From the NCBI RefSeq assembly GCF_004010195.1, contig NC_057718.1, positions 90,630,376 to 90,650,929 of the forward strand: a stretch of DNA of 20,554 bases. Reading direction: 5' to 3'. The stretch is from Chiloscyllium plagiosum (lineage: Eukaryota). Positions 1 to 10,249 of this stretch are shown piece after piece. Below the pieces are notes generated by a model. That model did not search any database. It was not told where the DNA came from and was given only the letters and a program-made list of their open reading frames with translations. Position 1 is the first letter of the stretch. Each line of letters starts with the position of its first letter. The translations under genes and the position numbers were made by a program.

Positions 1-360
1 CTATGGCAACGGTATAATTGCCTATGTGGTTAAATGTTGCCATGAGGGTCATTCAGTGTATTCACCTGGTAAATGCCAGCTAATGAGTGTAACAGAGGAG
101 GGCTGTTTCTGTACAGTTACACGCTGGGAGAACATTAGGGGCTCTGCTTGCTGCAGGACATGTTTCGGAAAGGGAGATTACTTCTGAGTGGGAGGCTCAT
201 TGCTAGCTGCCTTCTGAGAAAACTTACCGGGAGGCGTATTAATTGTGAGGCCTCTCGCAAGACCTCCCTGCGAGTGACATTTTCGCACATCTTCCTGGGG
301 ACCTCGCACCATTGGTGCACTCTTTCTCTCTGTGTGAGAACTCTGGCATAAACGAAAGCT

Positions 361-395
361 GAGGGGGCCGGGGGGGGGGGGGGAGGGGGGGGTGG
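361..395 (+). repeat. G-rich tract (G5-CC-G14-A-G8-T-GG), potential G-quadruplex
   Basis: Read directly. It produces the poly-Pro in the minus-strand ORFs 135..506, 178..528 and 239..481. Confidence 0.85.
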
Positions 396-870
396 TTTGC
401 AGTCTGGAGCGAGGAACTTGGTTGTTTCTCTGCACATTTGCCTGGCACTTCTGCGCTGATCCTGACTGTACACCTTCCCAAGTTTGCAGGAACAGAGAGG
501 TCTCACTGAGGTCAGTGCACCAGGCCACCAGAGAGTGGAAAAGTTCCCAACGTCACCTTCAGCTCGCTTTGTTCCTGTTCACACATCTGCTGCACAGCTG
601 CACAGCGACCAACACACTGTACCCCTACTTTGGGTACAAAGTCTTAAACTTTACTATCAGATGTACAAGAGGTTAACAAATGGACGAGAGCAGAGGGGCC
701 CCTCTAAATGATGTCCGAGAACACAATGCCGAAACATTAATTAAAGCTAATCCCAACACTGGCACAACTGGACCCAGCCATTTAAGCAGTGCACTTCCAT
801 TGCCCAATCTCAACATCACTTCTATTAAAGAGACTCCCAATGTGGAGCGGTCACTCTGAAATTGAATGGA

Positions 871-1026
871 ACAAAAAAATGGGAACTGCAGATGCTGGAA
901 ATTAGAGTCATGATTAGAGTGGTGCTGGAAAAGCACAGCAGGTCAGGCGGCATCATTCTTGATGACAGGCTTTTGCCCGAAATGTTGATGTTCCTCCTCC
1001 TCAGATGCTGCCTGACCTGCTGTGCT
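871..1026. mobile_element. Degenerate fold-back Penelope-like terminal element
   Basis: agcacagcaggtcaggcggcatc is inverted as gatgctgcctgacctgctgtgct. A decayed hammerhead (ttgatgacaggcttttgcccgaaatgtt) lies between the arms. No TSD found. Confidence 0.7.
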
Positions 1027-1304
1027 AATACAGATTGCTATGTCAAACTAACATCACAGAGTATCACAGCATTATTGAGTTTAGCAAGAATTACAATAAA
1101 AGGTTACTTTAGTGAGACCAGTAGGATTTTGGTTCTCCACAATCTTTGCTCAAATAAGTCATATTAAATGGTTCTGAGATGAGAGGCAGGCAATATAGTT
1201 GTAATGACTCTAGACTAGTAATCCAGAACACCAGGCGTATGTCCCGGGGTTGAGGGTTCAGATACCACCATGACAGATTGCAGGAATTTGACTTCAACAG
1301 AAAA

Positions 1305-1526
1305 CAGAGCTGAAAATGTGTTGCTTGAAAAGCGCAGCAGGTCAGGCAGCATCCAAGGAGCAGGAGAATCGACGTTTCGGGCATGAGCCCTTCTTCAGGA
1401 ATGCTGAAGAAGCTCATGCCCGAAACGTCGATTCTCCTGCTCCTTGGATGCTGCCTGACCTGCTGCACGTTTCCAGCAACACATTTTCAGCTCTGATCTC
1501 CAGCATCTGCAGCCCTCACTTTCTCC
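1305..1526 (+). mobile_element. Fold-back Penelope-like terminal element with hammerhead motifs on both arms
   Basis: Arm 1305-1398 is the reverse complement of about 1404-1495, followed by an unpaired 31-nt tail ending ctcactttctcc. Direct repeat cttcaacagaaaa at 1292-1304 and 1526-1538. Confidence 0.85.
1371..1398 (-). ncRNA. Minimal type I hammerhead ribozyme core (predicted)
   Basis: The minus strand reads CUGAAGA-A-GGGC-UCAU-GCCC-GAAA-CGUC: both conserved boxes, a 4-bp helix II, palindromic ACGU in place of helix III, and a GUC cleavage triplet. Helix I is weak and activity is untested. Confidence 0.7.
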
Positions 1527-1860
1527 TTCAACAGAAAATAGTCTGGCATAAAAGCTAGTCTAATGGCAACCACCTAACAATGTTATAAAAGCCCATCTGG
1601 TTCCCTAATGACCCCTGAGGGAAGGAAAGCTGCTGCCCTTACCTGGTGTAGCCCACAAAACAGCATGGTTGACTCTTAATTGCCCCCTGAAATGGCCCTA
1701 GCCACTCATGTGGCAATTAGGGAAAAGCAATAAAGACTGACCCAGCTCACATCCCATGACCAAGTTAAAAATTACGCTGATAAGCCAAACAGCCTTTATT
1801 CCTGCTCTTAAATATCCTTCCTCCCTTCCATCGAGGACACCATACCATACGAGAATAAGA

Positions 1861-2333
1861 GACAAAAAAACCTGCAGATGCTGGAATCCAAAATAGACTG
1901 CAGGTGAAGAACACAGCAAGCCAGGCAGCATCGAGAGGTGGAGAAGTCAATGTTTCAGGTATAACCCTTCAGCTCCTGATTTAGATTAGATTAGATTCCC
2001 TACATTGTGGAAACAGGCCCCTCAGCCCAACAAGTCCACACTGACCCTCCGAAGAGTAACCCACCCAGACCCTCTGACTAATGCACCTAACACTATGGGC
2101 AATTTACCATGGCCAATTCACCTGATCTGCACATCTTCGGAGCACCTGGAAGAAACCCACACAGACATCGGGAGAACATGCAAACTCCACACAGACAGTC
2201 ACCAGGGGTGGAATTGAACCTGGGACCCTGGTGCTGTGAGGCAACAGTGCTAACCACTGAGCCATCGTGCCACCCTCTCTACCGCCTACTGCTGCCTGAT
2301 TTGCTGTGATCTTCAAGCCTCCTCCGTGTCTAC
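1861..2333 (-). mobile_element. Related fold-back subfamily, split by an HE1 SINE
   Basis: The left arm tagac...gaagaacacagcaagccaggcagca is inverted at 2290-2333 (tgctgcctgatttgctgtgatcttc...gtcta). Degenerate TSD acgagaataaga (1849-1860) / atgagaatgaga (2334-2345). Confidence 0.7.
1980..2275 (-). mobile_element. HE1-type (V-SINE) tRNA-derived SINE, near full length
   Basis: Minus strand shows A-box TGGCTCAGTGG, B-box GGTTCAATTCC, V-domain tgtgtggagtttgcatgttctcccgatgtctgtgtgggtttc, tail gggcctgtttccacaatgtagggaatc and (TAATC)n. Confidence 0.9.
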
Positions 2334-3508
2334 ATGAGAATGAGATACAAAAAGGAAGGCAGTTTGTTTTCATCTGTCTGACTTCAAGATGCTTTGGGAA
2401 GATTCGATGGTTGTAGTACAGATGCTAGGATTGAGCAATTACTGGCCTACGGTTTGAGCTGAAGCCCTCAAAGGCTGTTGAACCCTTGTAGTTCGACTCT
2501 TGCAGGTTGTCCAGAGGCTCACCTTCCGCTGAGCTGCCTGGCAGAGGCTGAACAACACAAATACTTAGCAGAACTCTTCATTACTCTGAAGGTGAAAGCT
2601 TGCCTCAGATGCTGTAACTCACTCCAATTCACGCCAGCCCTCGTGCTCACAATCTGGTGATGAAGCAACAGTTTGATCTACTTCATAATATGTTCTTTTG
2701 GGAGGCAGGGTGAAATGATCAGACAGCACACAGGCATGTAATTTCTTACATATTTATAACACAGGAACAGTAAAGCAGAGTCTGAACAGGGCAAGAAATT
2801 ATTTTTTTTTAAAATTCAACCATGTTATTAATTGTTTCGCTATCATAACGCAGTCTGACCTGAGGGACCTGGAAGCGTCGTTAATTAATTTGAAAATTAG
2901 CAGAACTTTTCATTTAAAAACAACTAACCAAACAAAGTGATTTGGGGGATTTTGCAAAAGCACATTGATTGAGAGGTCAGTTGTAGAGCTACAGTAGTTG
3001 GCAGAAAAGTTATTAAGGGAAGTTTATATCTTGGCTGCTTGCTCAATAGGTTTTATTGGGTGAAAGTTAATTTACAACTGATCAAAACAATCAAGGAAAT
3101 AGCAGATGGCTAATTTATGAATGATTTTGTTCTAGTTTCTCACCTATATGGTAGCAAGAAGAGGTGTCCCCCTTCAAATTTAGTTCTGTGGATTACATTG
3201 TTGAGAGATTAACTTTACTGCTGAAATGTTTTAATACTTATGTTCATTGAGCTGTTGTGTAATTTTGCTGCATTGGGGAGACCACATCTGGAGCACAGTT
3301 ATGGTCTCCTTGTTTATGAAAGAATTTAGTTACATTAAAAACAGTCACAGAAAGTTCATGTGACTGATTCCTGGTATGAGGGGATTATCCTGTGAGGATA
3401 GCTTCCTTAGAATGGGCCTGTATACTGTGGAGTTCAGAAGAATGAGTGGCAACCTTATTGAAAGGCATGGATCCTGAAGGAGATTCGACAGGACGTAGGC
3501 TGAGAGGA

Positions 3509-3795
3509 ATCATAGCATTCCTACATTGTGGAAACAAGGCCATTTGGCCCATTGAGTCCACACCAACCCCCTGAAGAGCATCCCACCCATTTCTAATCCA
3601 CCTAACCTCCACATCCCTGGACAATTTAGCATGGCTAATCCACCTAATCTGCACATCTTTGGACTGTGGGAGGAAACCAGAGGAAACTCACACAGACATG
3701 GGGAACTTGTGCAAATTCCACACAGGCTGTCATCCTAGGCTGGATTGAACCCAGGTCCCTGGTACTATGAGGCAACACTGCTCGCCAGTGTGCCA
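3509..3795 (-). mobile_element. HE1-type SINE
   Basis: Homologous to 1980-2275 (ctacattgtggaaacaaggc, ctgcacatctttggactgtgggaggaaacc, ttgaacccaggtccctgg). Confidence 0.85.
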
Positions 3796-3887
3796 GAGAC
3801 TAAAGCTAATGGGGGTCTAATGTAACTTAAAGGTGTCTCCCGTTTAAGATTGACAAAGAAGCATTTGTTTTTCCCTTGAGAGACATC

Positions 3888-4130
3888 AAGATACAAAAGT
3901 TTGAAAGCACCTACCAACAGATTTAAGAACAGCTTCCTCCTGGCTGTTTAGACTTATGAACGGAGTTAATCTTTCTCTGCACCTTCTCTGTAGCTGTAAC
4001 ACTTATATTCGCATTCTGTTCTATTAGCCCGATGTACTTATATAAGGTATAATTTGTCCGGATAGACACAAACTAAAACTTTTTACTGTATCTCGCTACA
4101 TGTGGCAATTATAAATCAAATCAAATCAAA
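3888..4130 (+). mobile_element. Rex1/Babar-type LINE 3' end
   Basis: Encodes RYKSLKAPTNRFKNSFL, ends in (AATCA)n, and is homologous to 7375-7628. Confidence 0.75.
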
Positions 4131-4976
4131 ACGAGCAGGATCATTAAATATTTTTAAAACCGAGGTAGGTAATATTTTTAACCAACGAAGGAGTCAAAGG
4201 GTAGGCAGGGAAACGGTGTTGAGGTCTAAAGGAGTTCAGTCACAATCTTATTGAATAGCAGGGCAGGCTTGAACGGCCTGGTCCTCATGCATTTGTTTGT
4301 CTCGTTTTACACATTGCTTTCTTGAAATTGGTGGGGCCACTTGTTGCTGTGCATAATGTCAACCGCTAATGTGAATCTCTGTAATGGCACTGTGTCTAGA
4401 GATGGCAGTAACATGAGGCAGCCCTACTTTGGGCACACATACATCTGACCACATCCTCTCAGTTGGCAGTATATTGAGTTTGACAGTTTTCATTTGAAAA
4501 CTAATGATCATATCTCCTGTGCACTGGCCCCTTGACATTTCTGACTCTGGCAGGAATAATCCCTATGGGATTGCTGGGGATTTGGGGTACATGATGCATT
4601 TGGTTCTGTGATAAGAGAGTTCCTCCTTTTCCAAAGCACACTTGTGTTCTTCCAGAAAGGAATTTTCCACGGATTGTGAAAAGTCTCTCTCCTTTCCTTG
4701 ACTTAAAATAAATGCTTGTGAGTACAAAGCCATATTTCATAGTATGTTTTCTTCGATAACTTGTATAATGAAGACATTCTAAAAACATACATATCTTCAC
4801 TTCACCAACACTCCAAAGTACACACATCAGCAAGTACTAAAAAGCAAAAGCAAAAGATTTGCAATTTATATTTACACTGTAAATCTCAAAATTCTTTATA
4901 GGTTTTGAATTTAGTCATTGCTGTGCATAGAAAAGACAGGAACCAATTTGCAGTTAGCAAGCTCCCTCGAATGGGC

Positions 4977-5080
4977 TTTTTTTTAACAGGATGTGGATGT
5001 CGCTGGCTGGGCCCAGCATTTATTGCCCATCCCTAGTTGCCCTTGAGAAGGTGGTGGTGAGCTACCTTTTTGAATTGTAG
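4977..5080 (-). mobile_element. Short LINE 3' tail (CR1/L2 group) nested in the Deu-SINE
   Basis: The minus strand reads ctcaccaccaccttctcaagggcaactagggatgggcaataaatgctgggcccagccagcgacatccacatcc followed by an A-run. Confidence 0.65.
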
Positions 5081-5304
5081 AATGTAATAATGACCAGGTA
5101 ATTTGTTTCTTGTGATGTTGATTGAGGGATTGATGTTGAGTAGGATATTGAGGATAACTCTCTTATGTTTCTTTGAAATGGACTCCCCCCGCCTTTTACA
5201 CCTGGAGCCGTGATTTAACATCTCATCTGAAAGATAGCAAGAATTTTTCAAGAATACAGCACTCCCTCTGTACTGTCCTGGAATATTGGCTGTAGTGTTT
5301 GGTG

Positions 5305-5497
5305 TTGAGAGAGTGTTGCTGGAAAAGTACAGCAGGTCAGGCAGCATGCGAGGAACAGGAAAATCGACGTTTTGTGATGAAGGGCTCCGACCCGAAACAT
5401 CGATTCTCCTGCTCCTCGGATGCTGCCTGACCTGCTGTGCGTTTCCAGCAACACACTCTCAACTCTGATCTCCAGCATCTGCAGACCTCACCGCCTC
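5305..5497 (+). mobile_element. Fold-back Penelope-like terminal element
   Basis: Inverted arms surround gtgatgaagggctccgacccgaaacatc. Perfect 15-bp TSD ctgtagtgtttggtg at 5290-5304 and 5498-5512. Unpaired tail of about 35 nt. Confidence 0.85.
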
Positions 5498-5717
5498 CTG
5501 TAGTGTTTGGTGATCAGATCCCAAAGTGGGACTTGAACTCAGCTTCTCTGAGGCACAGGTCCTGAGGTGTGGAATTCGAACAAGACTAGACAGGGCAAAC
5601 CTAGGAAGGATATCCCTGATGAACTGGAGAGTTCACAGTCTAAGGATGTAGGAAAGAATATTTTAGGACTGAGGGAAGGAGACATGTCTTCACCCAGTGA
5701 GCCACCCACTCCTGTAG

Positions 5718-5983
5718 TGCTAAATTGCCCCCTGGTGTCTAGGAATGTGTTGGCTAGGTGAATTAGTCATGGTAAATATGGGGTTAGGATAGGGGACTGG
5801 GTGTAGGTTTGCTCGCTGAGCTGGAAGCTGATCTTCCTGCTGAGCAAACCTTCATTCAGAACCTCAACCTGAGCTACAAATCTCCTCAAAAATAGGAGAC
5901 TGGGTTTGTGTGGGATGTCCTTCGGGGGATTGGTGCAGAATTGATGGGCCAAATGGCCTGTTTATGGACTGTAGGGATTCTAT
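5718..5983 (+). mobile_element. 3' half of an HE1-like SINE, interrupted at 5803-5891
   Basis: tgctaaattgccc...gatgggccaaatggcctgttt...ctgtagggattcta matches the HE1 body and tail. Confidence 0.7.
5803..5891 (+). mobile_element. 89-bp fold-back insertion of an unrelated family (probable Penelope-like 3' terminus)
   Basis: tgtaggtttgctc...gctggaag is inverted as cttcctgct-gagcaaaccttca, followed by a 37-nt unpaired tail. TSD ataggggactgggt (5789-5802) / ataggagactgggt (5892-5905). Confidence 0.7.
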
Positions 5984-7110
5984 CACAAGAGCCTTATGGT
6001 TGATAATATCCAGCAAATCAGCCACTACCTGAGAAAGCAGGGAATAGGCATTTAGTGACATGTCCAGTCTGCATCTTCATCCCTCCATTACAGCCCGGGT
6101 CACGTTTTGAAAATATGGCTCCCGGGGGCTTTGGATGCGCTGAGTTCACGATCAGCTTTTGATAAACACAGCTTCTCTCTAAATTTCACCCCTTCCATCT
6201 CCATCAGACAGCTAGATTTCCAATGCTCCCAGCTTTCCCATTGTCTCACAACATACTAGAGTTGATGCCAAATGGCAGGGGAAAATACGCTTGGGTGCAA
6301 ACGGCTTCCTTTTGTGTAGCGTACGTGTTTAAAATCGAGTGGGTGGAAGCTGTCCATTCATTTATGGGCAAAGAGTGCTGTTGCAAAACTCTAAGCCCCT
6401 CGTATCCCTGAATCCTGGATGAATGAAGTCTCTAAGCTGCAGTCCCTGTCACTGTGAGCACTCGCAGCACCTCGAGGGTCGGTTTGCTCTCAACACAGGT
6501 TACTTTTGGTCACCTGTGACCCAATCACAGATCGCTGATCTTGTCCAGATACTCCTGGAGCTCTCTGCTGCTGTCAATTGAAACAAGAGTGACCTCATTC
6601 CGAGAACAATCGTAGCAAAAATATTTTTTTTCTCTCTCTCGCTCACTCGCGACTCAGCAAGAGCTATGTGAATCAGGACCTTTGTTGTGATGAAAAATAA
6701 ATAAATAAGTCGTTCCGTGAAATTTGTCTGGCTGACATTTTCCATCTCAAAATAATGCCCTTTCTCTGAGTCTAATCTGAGACGAGGGTTGCAGCTATGA
6801 GATCTGGAGACCTTGGCACAAAGGCCTCTCTGTGTGTGTTTCAACTTCCAGGGTCTTTTTTTTCCATCTGAAGTTTCCATTGTACTGTGCCAGGCTAATG
6901 TGTGCTGAATGGTTTCTCACCAAGCCCTGTAATCCATGGAAAACAAAATTCCAGCAGGATACAGCAGAGTGATTTTTAAAAATGAAAACATTTTGCACGG
7001 GCGTCCTGTGTAATTGTTGCAGTTGTTATTTTCAAAATCAGGGCAGACACTGTTGCGGTTCCAGGGACCTGCCTTTCTAGGTGTGCTGCCTTGTGCCCAC
7101 TTGCACCATC

Positions 7111-7628
7111 AGGCCTGAGGAGGCTAAAGAAATTCGGCACATCCACCAACTTTTACAGATGCATCATAGAAAGCATTCTATCTGGATGCATCATGGCCTG
7201 GTACGGCATTGCTCTGCCCAGGATCATAGGGGAACCTCAGAGATATGTGAACACAGCCCAGACCATCGCACAAACTAACCTTCCATCCATTGATCCCATC
7301 TACATTTCTCATTGCCACGGAAATATCATCAAAGACCCCCTCGTACCCTAGTTATAATCTCTTCCAGTCAGGGAGAAGATACAAAAGCTTAATCATACAC
7401 AGATTCAAAAACAGCTTCTTCCCCGCTGTTATTAGACTTTGCAAATTTCAAATGTCATGTTGATCTTGTTTTTTGTACACCTTCTTGGCAGCTGTAACTC
7501 TGTGTTCCTCGCTCAGTTCTATCACCCTGTGATCTTTTGAGTCTTTGTGTGTTATGATCTGCTGTACACAAAACAAAACTCTTCACTTAGGTATGTGTGA
7601 CAATAATGAATCAAATCAAATCGAATCA
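7111..7628 (+). mobile_element. Rex1/Babar-type LINE, ORF C-terminus and 3'UTR (degenerate)
   Basis: LRRLKKFG..TNFYRCIIESILSGCIMAWYG...LPSIDPIY...IIKDP in ORF 7091..7351 is characteristic of Rex1 ORFs. Ends in an (AATCA)n tail. Confidence 0.85.
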
Positions 7629-7629
7629 G

Positions 7630-7775
7630 TCATTGGTAGTAGAGGTGATCAATGATTTTGGATGGGCACTTGAAAAAAATAAACTTGTGGGCCTACTGGG
7701 AGAGAGCAGGGGAATAGCACTCATTCTAGGTACAGCCAGCACGGACTCTATGAGCTCATCCTGTGCTATAGTGAC
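7630..7775 (+). mobile_element. Highly decayed CR1-like 3' tail
   Basis: ttggatgggcacttga...gggagagagcagggga...agccagcacggac...ctgtgctatag resembles shark CR1 3'UTRs. Confidence 0.45.
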
Positions 7776-9224
7776 CCTAAGGGTCAGCATTTTCAAACAC
7801 CTGTGATCGTGTGTGTGAGTGGACATTGTAACTCACGCAATCAGTTGGTGTGTCAGTCTTTCAATAGCTTTTTTAAAAAGGGTAATGGTGGGGAATGGGG
7901 AGGGTGGAGGGCCAGAAACAGGGAAAATGGTCCAACTAACTCGACCTTAAGGAAGATGAGCTCGTGTCAGGGACTGGGAGAGTGGCAGAATCAAATTTTC
8001 AATGTCCACACATGCTGGGGCACGTTAGTGTTTAGCAGTTGAGAGATCCATTGCCCATTGATGTGGAATCAGGTATTGAAAAGGAAGAGCAAAACTGTGA
8101 GGTGCTCATGCAGTGGTGGGTAAGTTTCCATCACTTAAGTTGATTGGCCGTGAGCACAAGACTTCTTTCCATACCTTCATAAGCTCAGTGTGACATTCCC
8201 AGGACAATATTGTTTGCATCTCTAACTGTCCTTGAACTGAGCCGAGTTGAGTTAGCAACTGTATCAACAGAATCAGTTCGAATTTAATAAAGAAACTGTT
8301 CTTAAAATCTATCTTTCCAGATGGTGTATCTATGAATTCTTGGCTGAGTTCCAAGAATGAGAAACGTCCTTAGCTTACAGCAGGCACCTTTGACTCAGCA
8401 GGAGTCAGGCTTTGTTTGATTGATGTTTTTATTGCCATGTAGTAAGTTATTCTTCCCTTGGAAGCGGTTTTTCAATGCAGGTGTAGTTACTCGCACAAGA
8501 TTAAGAGGTGTGAAGTGAACACGTTTAGTGGTTGATTGACATTTCATGAGCTGAGCTGTTTTTCTGTTTATTGTTTCGGGCTTGCCAATGGCTCGTCCGC
8601 TCTGACGGTGATGAATACTGGGAGAGGGCAGTGTGGCGAATGCATGGGCATCGGTGGGTGAATGGGTGTGTCAGAGTGAGGTTGAGGGACTGACATTCAA
8701 CTGGTCAATGTCCCAAAGTAATGTTTCTCCCCTCTGTTGCCACCTAACGCACCCCCTGCCAGGCCAAAATGGGAATTGCAGAGAGGGGCCTCTTCAGCAG
8801 AGATGGATTTGCAGGAACATTTCTGACTCCTACTTTCTGTCACTCTCACAGAAATCTTACCTTAATATGCCTGCACATATAAATGTACTTCACTCCCTAA
8901 TGAGAGCATTTATTTCCCCTTCTTTTCCAGCCCTACAGGTGTATTATCTACAGGCGTAAATTCACCTTCAATAGCAGTGCTTACAAAGCCCAACATTGCC
9001 TCCCAACTACCTCACATAAAACCCCCTCCCATTCCCAATCCGCACTTTCAATCCAAACTATCAATCTCCCTCTCACTGCACTTTGGAAAGGCCTCAATGA
9101 TCATTTTGTATCTCTTGATAGGCTCCTCTTTCTTCAAACTCCCTTGTCCCCATGACCACAGGCTTACTCAGGCCACTGAAGTCCTTACCAACCCCAAATC
9201 AAACTTCAAACATCACGTTGAATT

Positions 9225-9476
9225 AACCAAATTGCTTGCTTCCATCTCTGCTCCATTGCCCATTTGTCCAAGAATGACCACACTTAGGAAAGTGGCTGCA
9301 GAGTGCTTTGAGATGTCCTGTGACCATTAAGAACATTTTCCTTGGTGTTCTGTCACCACACGGAAACCTTTCCCAATTCAATCCTTCAGTACTCCTCCAG
9401 GGATTTTGTGTCTAAATCCATGGGACCCACAGCCTTCTGATTCAGAGACCTGAGCATTACCATTGAAGCAAGACTC
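9225..9476. mobile_element. Decayed Deu-SINE-like remnants (tail on +, tRNA head on -)
   Basis: tgaccacactt...tggctgcagagtgctttgagatgtcctg on the plus strand, and acccacagccttctgattcagag...accattga as an antisense head. Confidence 0.4.
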
Positions 9477-10055
9477 ACAATTTCCACATTCTTCTATCCC
9501 TTTGTAAAGCCAAATGTGGTCAACAAACTGGAATCTTCCCTGTCATGGTATCTCATAAACCCGATTAATGGAGGAGTAAGCCTTTCTGATCATGCACATG
9601 TATGTACTAATGGTGTCAATGTACTTTTATGGTTCTGAATCAGTTGAATACCACGACGGCTTCTCACATTAAATTGGAGCCTTCACATTGAATTTCCATT
9701 TGTTAAAAGAAGTTCAATAGTACATCGCGAAAACTCAGTCCCAGGCACAGAATTATACCGAGTTGTCATCCTAAATTATGCTATCTTCTGCTTAATTGGG
9801 TCTATGCTTCAAATAAGACCTGACTCATTATTTACTGACTGTTTAATGTCGCATTATGTACACTGACTGTCAGTACCCAGCTGTAAACTGAGGATTACAG
9901 CTCAATAAATCTGTGGTCATAACAACATTAATCTTCTTGTGTAAATCAAGGTCGTGGTGTACAGTGAAAATCTGCATCTTCATCTTAACAGAGAAAGAGA
10001 CACGCCTTCCCAATCCAGATCGAGTTGAAACCATGCCATCCAACAGTGACAGCTA

Positions 10056-10213
10056 CAGAGGAACCTCGATTAGTTGAAGGACACAGGCGGGGAATTGAAT
10101 TCCGGATAACCGAATGCCGGATAACATAGTTTAGCCGAGTACTGGGACCTTGCGATCTTGCCGGATAATCTGATATTCGGATAATCGAATGCTGGATATT
10201 CAAAGTTCCTCTG
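10056..10213. mobile_element. 158-bp Tc1/mariner-pogo (Tigger-like) MITE
   Basis: TA|CAGAGGAAC...GTTCCTCTG|TA: TA duplication at 10054-10055 and 10214-10215, a 9-bp perfect TIR that extends imperfectly, and five internal (C/T)GGATA(A/T)Y repeats. Confidence 0.8.
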
Positions 10214-10249
10214 TATCACTCATGTACAGATGAGTCAAGGTCCAGTGAG

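Larger units (their letters stand above)
1181..1771 (+). mobile_element. Old tRNA-derived shark SINE, interrupted at 1305-1526
   Basis: Decayed tRNA head (ctagtaatccaga...gggttcagatacc, B-box-like), body cccatctggttccctaatg...gggaaggaaagctgctgcccttacctgg, and tail ggcaattaggg...caataaa...cacatcccatg. A second body fragment lies at 14068-14150. Family recognised from memory. Confidence 0.7.
3277..4300 (+). mobile_element. Old CR1 LINE 3' end, fragmented by nested HE1 and Rex1 insertions
   Basis: agaccacatctggag, ctgattcctggtatgagggg, ggagttcagaagaatgagtgg and cttattgaatagcagggcaggcttgaa are collinear with the CR1 copy at 10250-11042. Confidence 0.75.
4850..5560 (-). mobile_element. Decayed Deu-domain SINE (SacSINE1/AmnSINE1-like) with two nested insertions
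   Basis: gtgatgttgattgagggat, tttaacatctcatctgaaaga, cagcactccctctgtactg and gtgggacttgaac (antisense B-box) occur in the expected order. Recognised from memory of the consensus. Confidence 0.65.

Noticed and set aside
135..528. Proline-rich ORFs on the minus strand
   Set aside because: Poly-Pro appears in all three frames because of the G-tract, and there is no recognisable domain.
1305..1526. Fold-back elements as classical MITEs or miRNA hairpins
   Set aside because: The arms are asymmetric, the TSDs are long and variable, and a single-arm copy with a TSD exists at 13563. There is no expression evidence for a miRNA.
1109..1558. Recurrent small ORFs (MCCWKSAAGQAASKEQEN and LMPETSILLLLGCCLTCC types) as a peptide family
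   Set aside because: They are translations of the non-coding fold-back repeat, with inconsistent starts, stops and frames between copies.
2205..2275. tRNA genes at SINE heads (also near 19365-19419)
   Set aside because: The A and B boxes run directly into SINE bodies and do not form a full cloverleaf.
2524..2612. Possible minus-strand exon (ttacag...ggaag|gtgag)
   Set aside because: The splice-like ends could be chance, the peptide is unrecognisable, and no partner exons were found.
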